Source: Macrostomum lignano (taxonomy: Eukaryota). From it: a DNA stretch of 64,000 nucleotides. The stretch lies in contig NIVC01000089.1 in assembly GCA_002269645.1 (NCBI GenBank), forward strand, positions 682,001-746,000, read 5' to 3'. This document shows positions 35,607 through 51,550 of this stretch, in pieces. The notes below the pieces were generated by a model. It saw only the letters and a list, made by a program, of their open reading frames with translations, did no database searches and had not been told where the DNA came from. How positions within the stretch are numbered: position 1 is the stretch's first letter; each line of letters begins with the position of its first letter. Both the position numbers and the translations under genes were made by a program.

Positions 35607-37079
35607 TAGTAGTAGTAGTAGTAGTAACAATAGTGGTAGAAGTAGTAGTAGTAGTAGTGTAGTTTAATCAGAAATATAAAGCTTAACAAGGAGTGAGACC
35701 CAGGTCTCCATGTCAATAGTCAGTCCAGATAGTTCGCATTCGATCCGGTAGTTGCCTACCCTTATCAATCTATACCAGGACGCAGAGACGGAGGCCTTCC
35801 TAGAGAACAGCTACGCCAAGTCTGAGCGTCTGCTAACCCAGCTGTACCATCGCGTTGCCAAGCCCCTGCTCTGCATGTTCATGTCCGTCACTAGCGCCAA
35901 TGGCTTCTTGCGACGCGGCTCAATGTTTGTCCTGTCCGGGGAACAGTTCCGACGACTCATCGTTGGGAGCGACTCTGGAGATCACCAGCAGCAGCAGGAG
36001 CCGCTGTTCGATTCGCTGCTTGACTTGGGCGCCGGCGATGGCAACGTGACCAGCCACTATGCCGGCTACTTTAGGCGAGTGTTCGCCACCGAGATGGCTA
36101 CGGTGAGGGACTGTCTGTCTGCTATCCTAGTGTCTGAGGGGGTGTTTAGCTACCCGTATCATGTTCGGGGAGAGTGTGACTGTCATTCTGTGAGACGGTG
36201 TGTCTACCTGTACAATGTCCGCGGAGGGTGTAGCCTCTACCGTGATGTCCTGAGAGGGTTTAACTGCCACCACAATGTCTGCGGAGGGTTTAGCCCCTAT
36301 CGTGATGTCCTGAGAGGGTTTAACTGCCACCACATGTCTGCGGAGGGTTTAGCCCCTATCGTGATGTCCTGAGAGGGTTTAACTGCCACCACAATGTCTG
36401 CGGAGGGTTTAGCCCCTATCGTGATGTCCTGAGAGGGTTTAACTGCCACCACATGTCTGCGGAGGGTTTAGCCCCTATCGTGATGTCCTGAGAGGGTTTA
36501 ACTGCCACCACAATGTCTGCGGAGGTTGTTGCCCCTATCGTGATGTCCTGAGAGGGTTTAACTGCCACCACAATGTCCACCAATGGCACATTCAGTGTTA
36601 TATCGATCAAATCCATATCGCAGGTGATGACATGGCGCTTAGCCGAGCGCGGCTACACGGTAGTGGATCCAATCACCTGGTTGCCAACGCAACCGGCCAT
36701 AGATGCCGAGCCGGAGCTGGACGCTCACTACGACTTGATCGGGTGCTTCAACCTGCTGGACAGGTGCGAGGCCCCCCTGGACCTGCTGGCGCAGGCAAAG
36801 CGCCGTCTCCGGCCCGGCAGCGGCCGCCTCCTGCTAGCCGTCGTGGTGCCGTTGCGTCAGTTCTGCGAGTTCGCGCCCGGCAACCGGCCCGCGCAGGTTC
36901 TTGCGGTCAGCGGGCCGACATTCGAGGAGCAGTTGGCCAGCCTAGTCAGCAATGTGCTCCGGCCGCAGGGCTGGGCAGTGGTGCGATGGGCCAAGGCGCC
37001 TTACCTGTGCGAAGGCGATCTGTATCAGAGTTTCTATCACCTGACTGATGCCGTGCTGCTGTTACGGCCTACGGATTGA
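32878..37079 (+). CDS. METTL9: Protein-L-histidine N-pros-methyltransferase METTL9 (DREV family); exons 32878-32887, 35209-35369, 35779-36102, 36624-37079
   Basis: DAETEAFLENS, TSANGFLRRGSMFVLS, LLDLGAGDG, ATEM, FNLLDRC, PYLCEGDLY..YHLTDAV all match METTL9. Phases are consistent (951 nt). Exon 1 (ATG CTG AAG G|gtgagt) is the least certain part. Confidence 0.93.
33008..35118. repeat. 30-bp minisatellite (about 70 units) in METTL9 intron 1, with higher-order structure
   Basis: gacccagacaggtgatgagtcattagccct; the variant pattern repeats at an offset of about 870 bp. Confidence 0.97.
35411..35660. repeat. (TAG)n microsatellite, METTL9 intron 2
   Basis: Seen directly. Confidence 0.95.
36215..36575. 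repeat. About 60-bp tandem repeat (about 6 units), METTL9 intron 3
   Basis: cgtgatgtcctgagagggtttaactgccaccacaatgtctgcggagggtttagcccctat. Confidence 0.93.
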
Positions 37080-37091
37080 CTGGGAGTGATA

Positions 37092-37560
37092 TGTGAGATC
37101 ATGGGATGAGATCTGAGATCATGGGATGAGATCTGAGATCATTGGATGAGATCTGAGATCATTAGATGAGATCTGAGATCATTAGATGAGATCTGAGATC
37201 ATTGGATGGGATCTGAGATCATTAGATGAGATCTGAGATCATTGGATGAGATCTGAGATCATTAGATGAGATCGGAGATCATTGGATGAGATCTGAGATC
37301 ATTAGATGAGATTTGAGATCATTGTATGAGATCTGAGATCATTAGATGAGATGGAGATCATTGGATGAGACCTAAGATCATTATATGAGATCTGAGATAA
37401 TTGGATGAGATCTGAGATCATTAGATGAGATTTGAGATCATTGTATGAGATCTGAGATCATTGGATGAGATCTGAGATCATTAGATGAGATCTAAGATAA
37501 TGGGATGAGATCTGAGATCATTAGATGAGATTTGAGATCATTGTATGAGATCTGAGATCA
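37092..37560. repeat. 20-bp minisatellite starting just after the METTL9 stop codon
   Basis: gagatcattagatgagatct. Confidence 0.95.
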
Positions 37561-38164
37561 TAGTTGCTTATTTAAATTGCATTACTGAATTATTGATTGC
37601 TACCCACTGCTCCACTGAGCTGCATGCTTTTATTGTTTCTGTTACTTCAATTGATGTCTCCTCTTTAATTTCCTCTGTTGCTTCTTTAAACAAGCCGGGA
37701 GTTGAGCTGATAAACAGCAAAGTTCCATGCCATACTAGTACGCGCGGGCTCATGATTGCAAAATCACATGGCTATTGTAATCATTATTTGTCACCTACAG
37801 TCATTACTTTCATAGAATTTATTAAAATCTAGGCGCTGTTTTTTATAACGAATATTCTTTCTAGGTTTGTTAAATTGTTTTATGCTTTTAAACCGTTTTG
37901 CACGCGTTATAAAATTCTGTGTTTTGTCACACTGGTTTCGGCTAAACTGTTCTGTGAATTTTCTTGCGCATGAGTGACTCAATTAATAAACATTGTCAGA
38001 GTTTGTAAACCTTCATTGACTTATTTGTTGACTCGTCTGTGGTTATCATAAAGCTTTAGATAAGGATCCTATTAAAGTGGGTATGAATTATGAAACTTAA
38101 ATTGCATGACAACACGGATTTTCCTTCTGATACTAATTTTTATATAACACGTCCTCAATCACAG

Positions 38165-39880
38165 TATCATGCTCAACATCATGCTCAAATGGCACACAGC
38201 ATCATGCTCAGCCTCAACTAGAACACGGCATCATGCTCAAATGGCACACAGCATCATGCTCAAATGAAATGGCACACAGCATCATGCTCAAATGGCACAC
38301 ATTATCATGCTCAACTAGAACACGGCATCATGCTCAAATGGCACACAGCATCATGCTCAAATGGTACAGCATCATCATGCTCAACTAGAACACGGCATCA
38401 TGCTCAAATGGCAACACAGCATCATGCTCAAATGGCACACATTATCATGCTCAACTAGAACACGGCATCATGCTCAAATGGCACACAGCATCATGCTCAA
38501 ATGGTACAGCATCATCATGCTCAACTAGAACACGGCATCATGCTCAAATGGCAACACAGCATCATGCTCAAATGGCACACATTATCATGCTCAACTAGAA
38601 CACGGCATCATGCTCAAATGACACAGCATCATGCTCAAATGGCACACATTATCATGCTCAACTAGAACACAGCATCATGCTCAAATGGCAACACAGCATC
38701 ATGCTCAAATGGCAACACAGCATCATGCTCAAATGGCACACAGCATCATGCTCAAATGACACACATTATCATACTCAACTAGAACACAGCATCATGCTCA
38801 AATGGCACACAGCATCATGCTCAAATGGCAACACAGCATCATGCTCAAATGGCACACAGCATCATGCTCAAATGGCACACATTATCATGCTCAAATGGCA
38901 ACACAGCATCATGCTCAAATGACACACATTATCATACTCAACTAGAACACAGCATCATGCTCAAATGGCACACAGCATCATGCTCAAATGGCAACACAGC
39001 ATCATGCTCAAATGGCACACAGCATCATGCTCAAATGGCACACATTATCATGCTCAACTAGAACACGGCATCATGCTCAAATGGCCCACAGCATCATACT
39101 CAACTAGAACACAGCATCATGCTCAAATGACACACATTATCATACTCAACTAGAACACAGCATCATGCTCAAATGGCACACAGCATCATGCTCAAATGGC
39201 AACACAGCATCATGCTCAAATGGCACACAGCATCATGCTCAAATGGCAACACAGCATCATGCTCAAATGGCACACATTATCATGCTCAACTAGAACACGG
39301 CATCATGCTCAAATGGCCCACAGCATCATGCTCCAATGGCACACAGCATCATGCTCAAATGGCACACAGCATCATGCTCAAATGGCACACATTATCATGC
39401 TCAACTAGAATACGGCATCATGCTCAAATGGCACACAACATCATGCTCAAATGGCACACATTATCATGCTCAACTAGAACACGGCATCATGCTCAAATGG
39501 CACACAGCATCATGCTCAAATGGCACACATTATCATGCTCAACTAAAACACGGCATCATGCTCAAATGGCACACAGCATCATGCTCAAATGGCACACAGC
39601 ATCATGCTCAAATGGCACAGATTATCATGCTCAACTAGAGCACGGCATCATGCTCAAATGGCACACAGCATCATGCTCAAATGGCACACAGCATCATGCT
39701 CAAATGGCACACAGCATCATGCTCAAATGGCACACATTATCATGCTCAACTAGAACACGGCATCATGCTCAAATGGCACACAGCATCATGCTCAAATGGC
39801 ACAGCATCATCATGCTCAAATGGCACACATTATCATGTTCAACTAGAACACGGCATCATGCTAAAATGGCATGACATCAT
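38165..39880. repeat. Composite minisatellite of about 23-bp units between METTL9 and ALKBH2
   Basis: aatggcacacagcatcatgctca, alternating with cacattatcatgctcaactagaacacgg variants. Confidence 0.95.
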
Positions 39881-39914
39881 CACTTTACACTGACAGCAAT
39901 CTATAACTTTGCAG

Positions 39915-41695
<1,781 letters not shown>

Positions 41696-41769
41696 ACTGC
41701 TGCACTTTCTGAACTGCCATTGAGTTATTTATTCATCTTTCTATTACCCTTAATCTCTGCTAATCTCTG

Positions 41770-42500
41770 CCATCTCTCCCCCGCCTCCGCCTCTCCCCTC
41801 TGTCCCCTCACCTCTCTCCCCTCTCCTCTCTGCCCTCACCTCTCTCCCCTCTCCTCTCTCCCCTCTCCTCTCTCCCTTCTCCTCTCTCCCCTCTCCTCTC
41901 TCCCTTCTCCTCTCTCCCCTCACCTCTCTCCCCTCTCCTCTCTCCCCTCACCTCTCTCCCCTCTCCTCTCTCCCCTCACCTCTCTCCCCTCTCCTCTCTG
42001 CCCTCACCTCTCTCCCCTCTCCTCTCTCCCCTCTCCTCTCTCCCTTCTCCTCTCTCCCCTCTCCTCTCTCCCTTCTCCTCTCTCCCCTCACCTCTCTCCC
42101 CTCTCCTCTCTCCGACTCTCCCCTCACCTCTCTCCCCTCTCCTCTCTCCCTTCTCCTCTCTCCCCTCTCCTCTCTCCCCTCTCCTCTCTCCCCTCTCCTC
42201 TCTCCCTCTCCTCTCTCCCCTCTCCTCTCTCCCCTCTCCTCTCTCCCTTCTCCTCTCTCCCTCTCCTCTCTCCCTTCTCCTCTCTGCCCTCACCTCTCTC
42301 CCTCTCCTCTCTGCCCTCCTCTCTCCTCTCCTCTCCCCTCACCTCTCTCCCCTCTCCTCTCTCCCTTCTCCTCTCTCCCTTCTCTCTCTCTCCCTTCTCT
42401 CTCTCCCTTCTCCTCTCTCCCTTCTCCTGTCTCCCTTCTCCTCTCTCCCCTCTCCTCTCTCCCTTCTCCTCTTTCCCCTCTCCCCTCGCCTCTCCACTTC
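41770..42500. repeat. About 730-bp polypyrimidine (CT) tract between ALKBH2 and CHD1L
   Basis: ctctcccctctcctctctcc repeats, followed by (TCTAA)n at about 42520-42548. Confidence 0.93.
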
Positions 42501-42860
42501 TGTCCTCTTTTCTGTCCTCTAATCTAATCTAATCTAATCTAATCTAATCGACAGTCTCCAAATTTGCCCAGTCACGTTCATTCATCCATGCGTGCTAAAA
42601 AAGGTGAAAATTGATTATGCTAAAAATATTTTTAGGATTTTTTTGATGGTCCTTGGTTATTAATTGACAAATAAATTGTAGTTTCGTAGATTTAAAGTAC
42701 TTTTTTCTTTTCTTTTACCTTATAGCTAGGATTAGTTTATTAGTTTATTGATTTTTAAAAGAATCAGTATACTATCCTAACATAATACTCCAGATTTTTA
42801 CGGCCAGATTGAACTACTCATATCAGTCGTACCAATTGTCAGCCGAATATTAACGTTGCT

Positions 42861-45800
42861 ATGGACGCTGTGAAGTCGGCTATCGCTAGAATTCCCGAGG
42901 CGCCGGAACCGCTTGGCGAAGAGTTCTATGCTAAGCATATCAAGGGTTAGTAGTGCCTTTTGTTTCATTTGTGACCGGAAGTGAGAGGGTAGATGATTTT
43001 ATTGACCGGAGTTTAGGTGGTTAGCGGTATAACTAAAAGTGAAATGCTTAGCATGACTCAATGACCGGAAGTGGAATGCTTTTCAGGATTCAATAACCGG
43101 AAGTGGAATGCTTAGCATGACTCAATGACCGGAAGTGGAATGCTTAGCGGGATTCAATAACCGGAAGTGGAATGCTTAGCGGGATTCAATGACCGGAAGT
43201 GGAATGCTTAGCGGGATTCAATGACCGGAAGTGGAATGCTTAGCGGGATTCAATGACCGGAAGTGGAATGCTTAGTGGGATTCAATGACCGGAAGTGGAA
43301 TACTTAGCGGGATTCAATAACCGGAAGTGGAATGCTTAGTGGGATTCAATGACCGGAAGTGGAATACTTAGCGGGATTCAATAACCGGAAGTGGAATGCT
43401 TAGCGTGACTCAATGACCGGAAGTGGAATGCTTAGCGGGATTCAATGCCGGAAGTGGAATGCTTACATTGTAGCGTGACTCAATGACCGGAAGTGGAATG
43501 CTTAGCGGGATTCAATGACCGGAAGTGGAATGCTTAGCGGGATTCAATGACCGGAAGTGAAATGCTTAGCGAGATTCAATGACCGGAAGTGGAGTGCTTA
43601 GCGGGATTCAATGACCGGAAGTGGAATGCTTAGCGGGATTCAATACCGGAAGTGGAATGCTTACATTGTAGCGTGACTCAATGACCGGAAGTGGAATGCT
43701 TAGCGGGATTCAATGACCGGAAGTGGAATGCTTAGCGGGATTCAATGACCGGAAGTGGAATGCTTAGCGGGATTCAATGACCGGAAGTGGAATGCTTAGC
43801 GGGATTCAATGACCGGAAGCAGGAGTTGATTCCTGGAAGAGGATTTGAGTTTTTAACCCGGCGAAGTAAAAAAAATCTCCCAACCCGAACGGATTCTCTC
43901 AGGCGGCACCCTTCGCGACTACCAGGTGTTCGGCGCCGACTGGCTTGGCGCCAAGTTTTCCTCCGGCCACGGCGCCATCCTGGCCGACGAGATGGGCCTG
44001 GGCAAAACTCTGCAGACGGTGGCGTTCCTGCTAGGCCTGCACGGCGGGCGGCGGCGAGGCGGCGTCAGCGGCCGCTCCCTGATCGTCTGTCCGCTGTCCG
44101 TGTTGAACAACTGGCGCGACGAGCTGGCCAAGTTTGCGCCGCAGCTCACCGTGCGGGTGTACACCGGCGACAAGGCCGAGAGGGAGCGCCTGCGGGCAGA
44201 GCTGCGGCGGGAGGACTGGACCCTGCTGCTGTCCACCTATGAGGTGGCCCGTTCGTTTTGGTGCTCTGCGGCCGGGTAGTTTTGTAGGATCTGGGGTAGT
44301 TTTGTAGGATCTGGTGTAGTTTTATAGGATCTGGGGTAGTTCTGTAGGATCTGGTGTAGTTTTGTAGGATCTGGGGTAGTTCTGTAGGATCTGGGGTAGT
44401 TTGGTAGGATCTGGTGTAGTTTTGTAGGATCTGGGGTAGTTTTTTTAGGATAGTTTTATGGGATGTGGGGTACTTCTGTAGGATCTGGGGTAGTTTTTTA
44501 GGATCTGGTGTAGTTTTGTAGGATCTGGTGTAGTTTTGTAGGATCTGGTGTAGTTTTGTAGGATCTGGTGTAGTTTTGTAGGATCTGGTGTAGTTTTGTA
44601 GAATCTGGTGTAGTTTTGTAGGATCTAAGGATATTTTTTGTAGGATCTGGTGTAGTTTTGTAGGATTTGGGGTAGTGTTTTAGGATCTGGGGTAGTTTTG
44701 TGGGATCTGGGGTAGTTTTGTGGGATCTGGGGTAGTTTTGTAGAATCTGGGGTAGTTTTGTAGGATCTGGGGTAGTTTTGTGGGATCTGGGGTAGTTCTG
44801 TAGGATCTGGTGTAGTTTTATAGGATCTGGGGTAGTTTTGTAGGATCTGGGGTAGTTTTGTGGGATCTGGGTAGTTCATGAACTGAGTTTTGGGAAGCTG
44901 ACCCACCAACTAAAGATATGGAAATTGGTGGTGATGAGGAACTGGGAGGCTGGCGGTGATGAGGATCGATAACGCCAGACTCGCCCTCAAACCAAATGTT
45001 TTCAGCTGTGCCTCAAAGACGAAGAGTTTTTCGCCAAATTTTCATTCGACGCCATGGTTGTAGACGAGGGTCATCGATTAAAGAATTCGAACTCGCAGCT
45101 GCACTTGGCGCTGCGGGCTGTGAGTGACTCTTCAGTGTCATTTATCAACTAGCGTTTTGTAGCCTTCTTAAACTCCCTGCCACCCTCCGGGAAACCCCGC
45201 CATTTCCAGCTCAATGTCAGCTGCCGCTTCATCCTGACCGGCACCCCGATTCAGAACAACCTGGACGAGCTGTTCACCTTGTTGAGCTTCGTTGCGCCAA
45301 AGGTTTTCCGGCTCAAGTTGAAGGACCAGTTCATTGCCGAGGTCACCGATTTGGTGTCCTCTAATGATAGTAAGAACTTCCTATGGAGTTGACCTTGATA
45401 GACAGGTGGTTACCTGTGTGTGGCCTGAGCTCCTTCAAGCCAGGTGTGGAAATGGCAGGTTGTTAACAGTTTACACGCAACCTACCGCAGATTCCGGGGC
45501 TCTCTACGAGATTCTGAAACCGTTCCTGCTGCGCCGCATTAAAGAGGACGTGCTGAAAAGTTTGCCAAAAAAAGTCGAGGTCATTTTGTATCACGGACTT
45601 ACCGCTCTGCAGAAGAAATACTACAAGGCTATCTTGACTAAAAACATTGGTAATACTTGACCTGAGACTTTGACCCGAGTTGACTTTAGCTGGTTTATTT
45701 GACCAGAGTTGACCTTAGCTGGTTTATTTGACCAGAGTTGCACTTAGCTGGTTTATTTGACCAGAGTTGCACTTAGCTGGTTTATTTGACCAGAGTTGAC

Positions 45801-48800
45801 CTTAGCTGGTTTATTTGACCAGAGTTGCACTTAGCTTGTTTATTTGACCCGAGTTGACCTTAGCTGGTTTCTTTGACCCCAGCTGACCTTACAGGGTTTC
45901 TTTGACCCCAGCTGACCTTAGAGAGATTCATTTATTGAACTCAGCGACCTTCATTCGCCTTGCAGACGCATTCGACACTGCAACCGGCAACAAGACCCGC
46001 CTGCTGAATATTCAGATGCAGCTGCGCAAGTGCATCAATCATCCCTACCTGTTCGATGGTGAGCTGAGCTTGCCTGCTGTAACTTTTCTGTTTGTAGACT
46101 GACTTTAGCACTGGGGCTAGGAAGTCTGAAAGTTACATTCCCAGATCCCCAGGCTGAGCACCTACATTCCCAGATCCTCAGACTGAGCCCCTACTGTCCC
46201 AGATCCTTAGACTGAGCCCCTACTGTCACAGATCCCCAGGCTGAATGTCCGCTGTCCCGGATCTCCAGGCTGAGCCCCTACTGTCCCAGATCCCCAGGCT
46301 GAGCCCCTACTGTCCCAGATCCTCAGGCTGAGCCCCTACTGTCCCAGATCCCCAGGCTGAGCCCCTACTGTCCCAGATCCTCAGGCTGAGCCCCTACTGT
46401 CCCAGATCCTCAGGCTGAGCCCCTACTGTCCCAGATCCCCAGGCTGAGCCCCTACTGTCCCAGATCCCCAGGCTGAGCCCCTACTGTCCCAGATCCCCAG
46501 GCTGAGCCCCTACTGTCCCAGATCCTCAGGCTAAGCCCCTACTGTCCCAGATCCTCAGGCTGAGCCCCTACTGTCCCAGATCCTCAGGCTGAGCCCCTAC
46601 TGTCCCAGATCCTCAGGCTGAGCCCCTACTGTCACAGATCCCCGGGCTGAATGTCCGCTGTCCCAGATCCCCAGGCTGAGCCCCTACTGTCCCAGATCCT
46701 CAGGCTGAGCCCCTACTGTCCCAGATCCTCAGGCTGAGTCCCTAATGTCCCAGATCCTCAGGCTGAGCCCCTAATGTCCCAAATCCTCAGGCTGAGCCCC
46801 TACTGTCCCAGATCCTCAAGACTAAGTTCCTACTGTCCCAGATCTCCAGGCTGAGTCCCTACTGCCCCAGCTCCCAGTCACCGCACCAGCTCCCAGTCAC
46901 TGCACCAGCTCCCACAATCCCCGCCCCGCAGGTGTCGAGCCGGAGCCATTCCAGCCAGGCGAGCACCTGGTTACTGCCAGCGCCAAGCTGATCCTGATTG
47001 ATCGCCTGCTGAAATACCTGAAGGCCAACGGGCACAAAGTGCTGATGTTCTCGCAGATGACTCACATGCTGGACATTCTGCAGGACTATCTCACTTACAG
47101 AGGTTTGTTTTTTGCTGCGCTTTGGATGGCTTGTGGTTGATACGATCTGGCCCATTCTGCTGACTCCTTAGCAGAGTGCACACGCTCACGCAGGGTGTAC
47201 AGCAGCCCAGACTCTAACCGTCAGGCATGTACACTCTCTGTGACTTGGGGCTGGCCCGCATCGCTGTGAATCGCATGACAGCCAATTAATTCTATCGGGG
47301 TGCAACAAGTTTCACGAATCTGTCACCGCACGCCCAGGCTTCACGTACGAACGGCTTGACGGCTCCGTCAGAGGCGAGGAGCGCTTCCTGGCCGTGAAGA
47401 ACTTCAACCAGACCGCCGAGACGTTCGTGTTCCTGCTCAGCACCCGGGCCGGCGGGGTTGGCCTGAATCTGGTCAGCGCGGACACCGTGATCTTCGTTGA
47501 CAGCGACTTCAATCCGCAGAATGACCTGCAGGCCGCCGCGAGGGTGCACCGCATTGGCCAGACCAGGTGCACAGTTGGTTGTGGATTCAAGTATCTTGCT
47601 TGTTGCTGAGGTCTTCGTTGCTATGGATTTGATTGGAGTCGTTGCTAAGGGCTTGGTTGATATGTGATGCATTGTGGGTTGTTGCTAAGGCCTTGGTTGC
47701 TATGCAATTCATTGTGAGTTGTAGCTAGGGGCTTGGTTGCTATGCAATTCATTGTGGGTTGTAGCTAGGGGCTTGGTTGCTATGCAATTCATTGTGGGTT
47801 GTAGCTAGGGGCTTGGTTGCTATGCAATTCATTTTAGGTTGTTGGTAGGGGCTTGGTTGCTATGCAATTCATTGTGGGTTGTAGCTAGGGGCTTGGTTGC
47901 TATGCGATTCATTGTGGGTCGTTGCTAGGGCCTTATATAGTTGCTAAATGCGGTTCATTGTGGGTCGTTGCTAGGGCCTTAGTTGCTAAATGCGGTTCAT
48001 TGTGGGTCGTTGCTAGGACCTTAGTTGCTAAATTCGATTCATTGTAGGTTGTTGCTAGGGGCTTGGTTGCTATGCGATTCATTGTGGGTTGTTGCTAAGG
48101 GGATTAGTTGCTATGCGATTCAATGCGAGCTGTTGCCAAGGCCTTTTTGCTATGCAATCAACTATGTAATCAGGCCTGGCACATTCGCACCTGCAGGAAC
48201 GTGAAGATAATCCGGCTGGCCGGCAAGAACACCATCGAGGAGATAATCCTGCGGCGCGCGGAGACCAAGCTGGCCCTCACTAAGCAGGTCATCGGGCACG
48301 GCAAATTCGCCTTGGGATTTGACGACGCCGACAAGGCTAAAGAGGCTGATGCTTCGAAGCAGGTGAGACAGCTGCATCTATCTTAAGATATCGTCATGAA
48401 CAAGTATTGAATTAGTATTGTGTATCCTTTCCCTCAGATCCCCATTCCTCACGGAACTTATCTTTTGTAGGTCCAAATCCCCTATGATTCGAAACTTCCA
48501 ATCCCAATTGATCACAGATCCCAACTGATCACAGATCCCAATTGATCACAGATCCCAACTGATCACAGGTCCCAATTGATCACCGATCCTAACTGATCAC
48601 AGATCCTAATTGATCAGAGATCCCAATTGATCACGATCCCGATTGATCACAGATCCCAATTGATCACAGATCCCAACTGATCACAAATCCTAATTGATCA
48701 CAGATCGTAATTGATCACAGATCCCAACTGATCACAGATCCCAACTGATCACAAATCCCAATTGATCACAGATCCCCAATTGATCACAGATCCCCAATTG

Positions 48801-51448
48801 ATCACAGATCGTAATTGATCACAGATCCCAATTGATCACAGATTGTAATTGATCACAGATCCCAACTGATCACAGATCCCAACTGATTACAGATCTTAAT
48901 TGATCACAGATCCTAATTGATCACAGATCGTAATTGATCACAGATCGTAATTGATCACAGATCGTAATTGATCACAGATCGTAATTGATCACAGATCGTA
49001 ATTGATCACAGATCGTAATTGATCACAGATCGTAATTGATCACAGATCGTAATTGATCACAGATCCTAATTGATCACAGATCGTAATTGATCACAGATCG
49101 TAATTGATCACAGATCCTAATTGATCACAGATCGTAATTGATCACATATCGTAATTGATCACAGATCCCAACTGATCACAGATCCCCAATTGATCACAGA
49201 TCGTAATTGATCACAGATCCCAATTGATCACAGATTGTAATTGATCACAGATCCCAACTGATCACAGATCCCAATTGATCACAGATCCCAATTAATCCCA
49301 GATCCCAATGCCATGGTTAACCAAGCGCTCCCGAATCCCCCGGACATGCCGCAGCTTCGCGAGATCATCAAATTCGGCCTATCAAAGCTGATGGACGACA
49401 TCGAGGACGCGGACGCGGTGGGCAGCGTGGACTTTGGCGCCGTGCTCGGGCCAACAGAGCAGCCGGGAGGTCGCTGGGTCTGGTCTGAGCCCCCGGAACC
49501 GCCTGCGGCTGGGAAGTCGGTCTCTGCATCGAATGCGGCGGCGTCAGCTACATCAGCAGCTGCTGCTGAGGAGGAGGCCGCGGCCGCGCACATGTACATG
49601 TGGGAGGGCAAGGACTACAGCAGCGGCGCCGCCGACATCGACCAGCTGGAGGCCAAGGACGAGACGGCGCTGCAGGCTCTGCTGACCGACCTGCGGGTGA
49701 AGGAGACGGCAGAGGCGGGTGCTGGACGGGGGCTGCGGGGACAGGTGGGTCGCGTGAAGGTCATAGGGTTTTCACTTTGTATCGTACAAGGTCTCAACTA
49801 TGAATAATCCCATTTTGTCCACAGATCCCATTTTGTCACAGATCCCATTTACAAAGCCAGCCGTTTTACAGCTCATAAACAGCTCTACTACTCTTAGTCA
49901 GTAGTTGGTTCGCTGACAGTCGCTCCCATTCATTCCCCAGCAGGCCAGCGGCGCCCTGACGCAGCTGCCTGACGCCGCTTCATCGCGTCGGCAGGCCCGG
50001 CGCCCGCTGACGGAGGCTGAGAAAGCGGAGCGTCGGGCCAAACGAGAGGCGGCTGCCGCGGCCCGCGCCGCCGAGGCGGAGGCGGCGGCCCGACGCCGGG
50101 AGGAGCGCCGTGCGGCGGAGTGGCGCGCAGCCGGCTACACGTCGCATTCGGTTGCCATGGCAACGGACAGCAGCGACGAAGAGGCGGCCGACGATGAACG
50201 AGAGGCGTCGGCGACATCGGCGAAGACAACGGTCTCGGGCTGAACTACGTCATCGGGGACGTCGCCGAGCCGCAGGAGGGCCTGGAGGCCGGCGCCGCCA
50301 TCGTCTGCCAGTCGGTCGACGACGCCGGCCGCTGGGGCTCCGGCGGCGTCTTCGCCGCGCTGGACGCCGCCTGGCCGAAGTCGGGCGTCGGCGCCGCCTA
50401 CGAAGCGGCCAGCCGGTTGGGCGACCTGCGGCTGGGCGATTTACACCTGCTGCCGCTGGGCAAGCGGCACGGTGCCGAGATCTACTGCGGCCTGCTGGTG
50501 TGCCAGGTGAGCCCGCCGCTGATGCACACTCAGCAATATTGAAAAGTGTCCACGTCTGCACACAAGGCTACACTAGCTGAACGATTAGGGATTGAAAGGT
50601 TTTAACTATGTTTGGGCCATAGACAATCAAAATAAGGCAACAAAGAATGAACAGCGAAACAAGTCCATGCCCATTTCCACGCTGTGTACATGTCTAATGC
50701 AGTCAGTTACAGGTATAGATAGCAACAACGAGCGTCTAAGAGACTGCTCACTCGTCGAGTCATTCCCGAACAAGGCGCCGCAGAAAGTCTTGTGGAAGCT
50801 GTTGCCACGCGACTGAAAGTGCATTGCGCAGCTGGACCATGTTCTGGGGGGATAGAGATTGTTGCACCGAATCGTGCGCTTCAGGAAATCCCACACGTGC
50901 TCAATCGGGTTCATATCCGGTGATCTGGACGGCCAACGCAAAGTGCGCCAACCAGTCATTTGGCGGACTATCGTTGTCGCCTGCATCCAGATGCCTCCAG
51001 TTAACTCCTGTACACTCGTTACTGTAACGCTTTTCCCTGTGACACCAGATATCGGTCTTTACTTTCCTGTCCTTTTTTGCTCATTTGTCGATGGCCCAAA
51101 ACCAATTGGCGAAACCATCGATCGTGCTGCCCATGGACCCTTGGGGCAAGGGTGGGCACTTTTAAATGGCAGAATTCCCATTCAGTCTCGGAAGCTGCCA
51201 AGCATATAGATGCTATGGGCAGGCAATTCAATCCTTAGTGCGAAATTCAAGCTTTTGAATACTTGCTTTGCATTGTCTATGGCCTAAAGGGGGTGGTGTG
51301 TTTGGGCGTTTGTCAGTAATTTAGTGAGTATTTTAAAAACACAACAATGATAAAGAAACCTAGGAATGTGAAGAAAAAATAAATTATTTAAGCTTTTTGT
51401 TCCTGTGTAGTATTAGTAGTAGTAATGTTGTAGTAGTAGTAATAGTAT

Positions 51449-51510
<62 letters not shown>

Positions 51511-51511
51511 A

Positions 51512-51550
<39 letters not shown>

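Noticed and set aside
35243-35716. Poly-L/Y/T/V ORFs, and the poly-V N-terminus of ORF 51397-52341
   Set aside because: (TAG)n microsatellite; the real CHD1L exon starts at acceptor 51682.
38264-39893. His-rich ORFs (MAHSIMLKWHT...)
   Set aside because: Translations of the 23-bp minisatellite.
41720-42532. Leu/Ser/Pro and Glu/Arg/Gly ORFs
   Set aside because: Translations of the CT tract.
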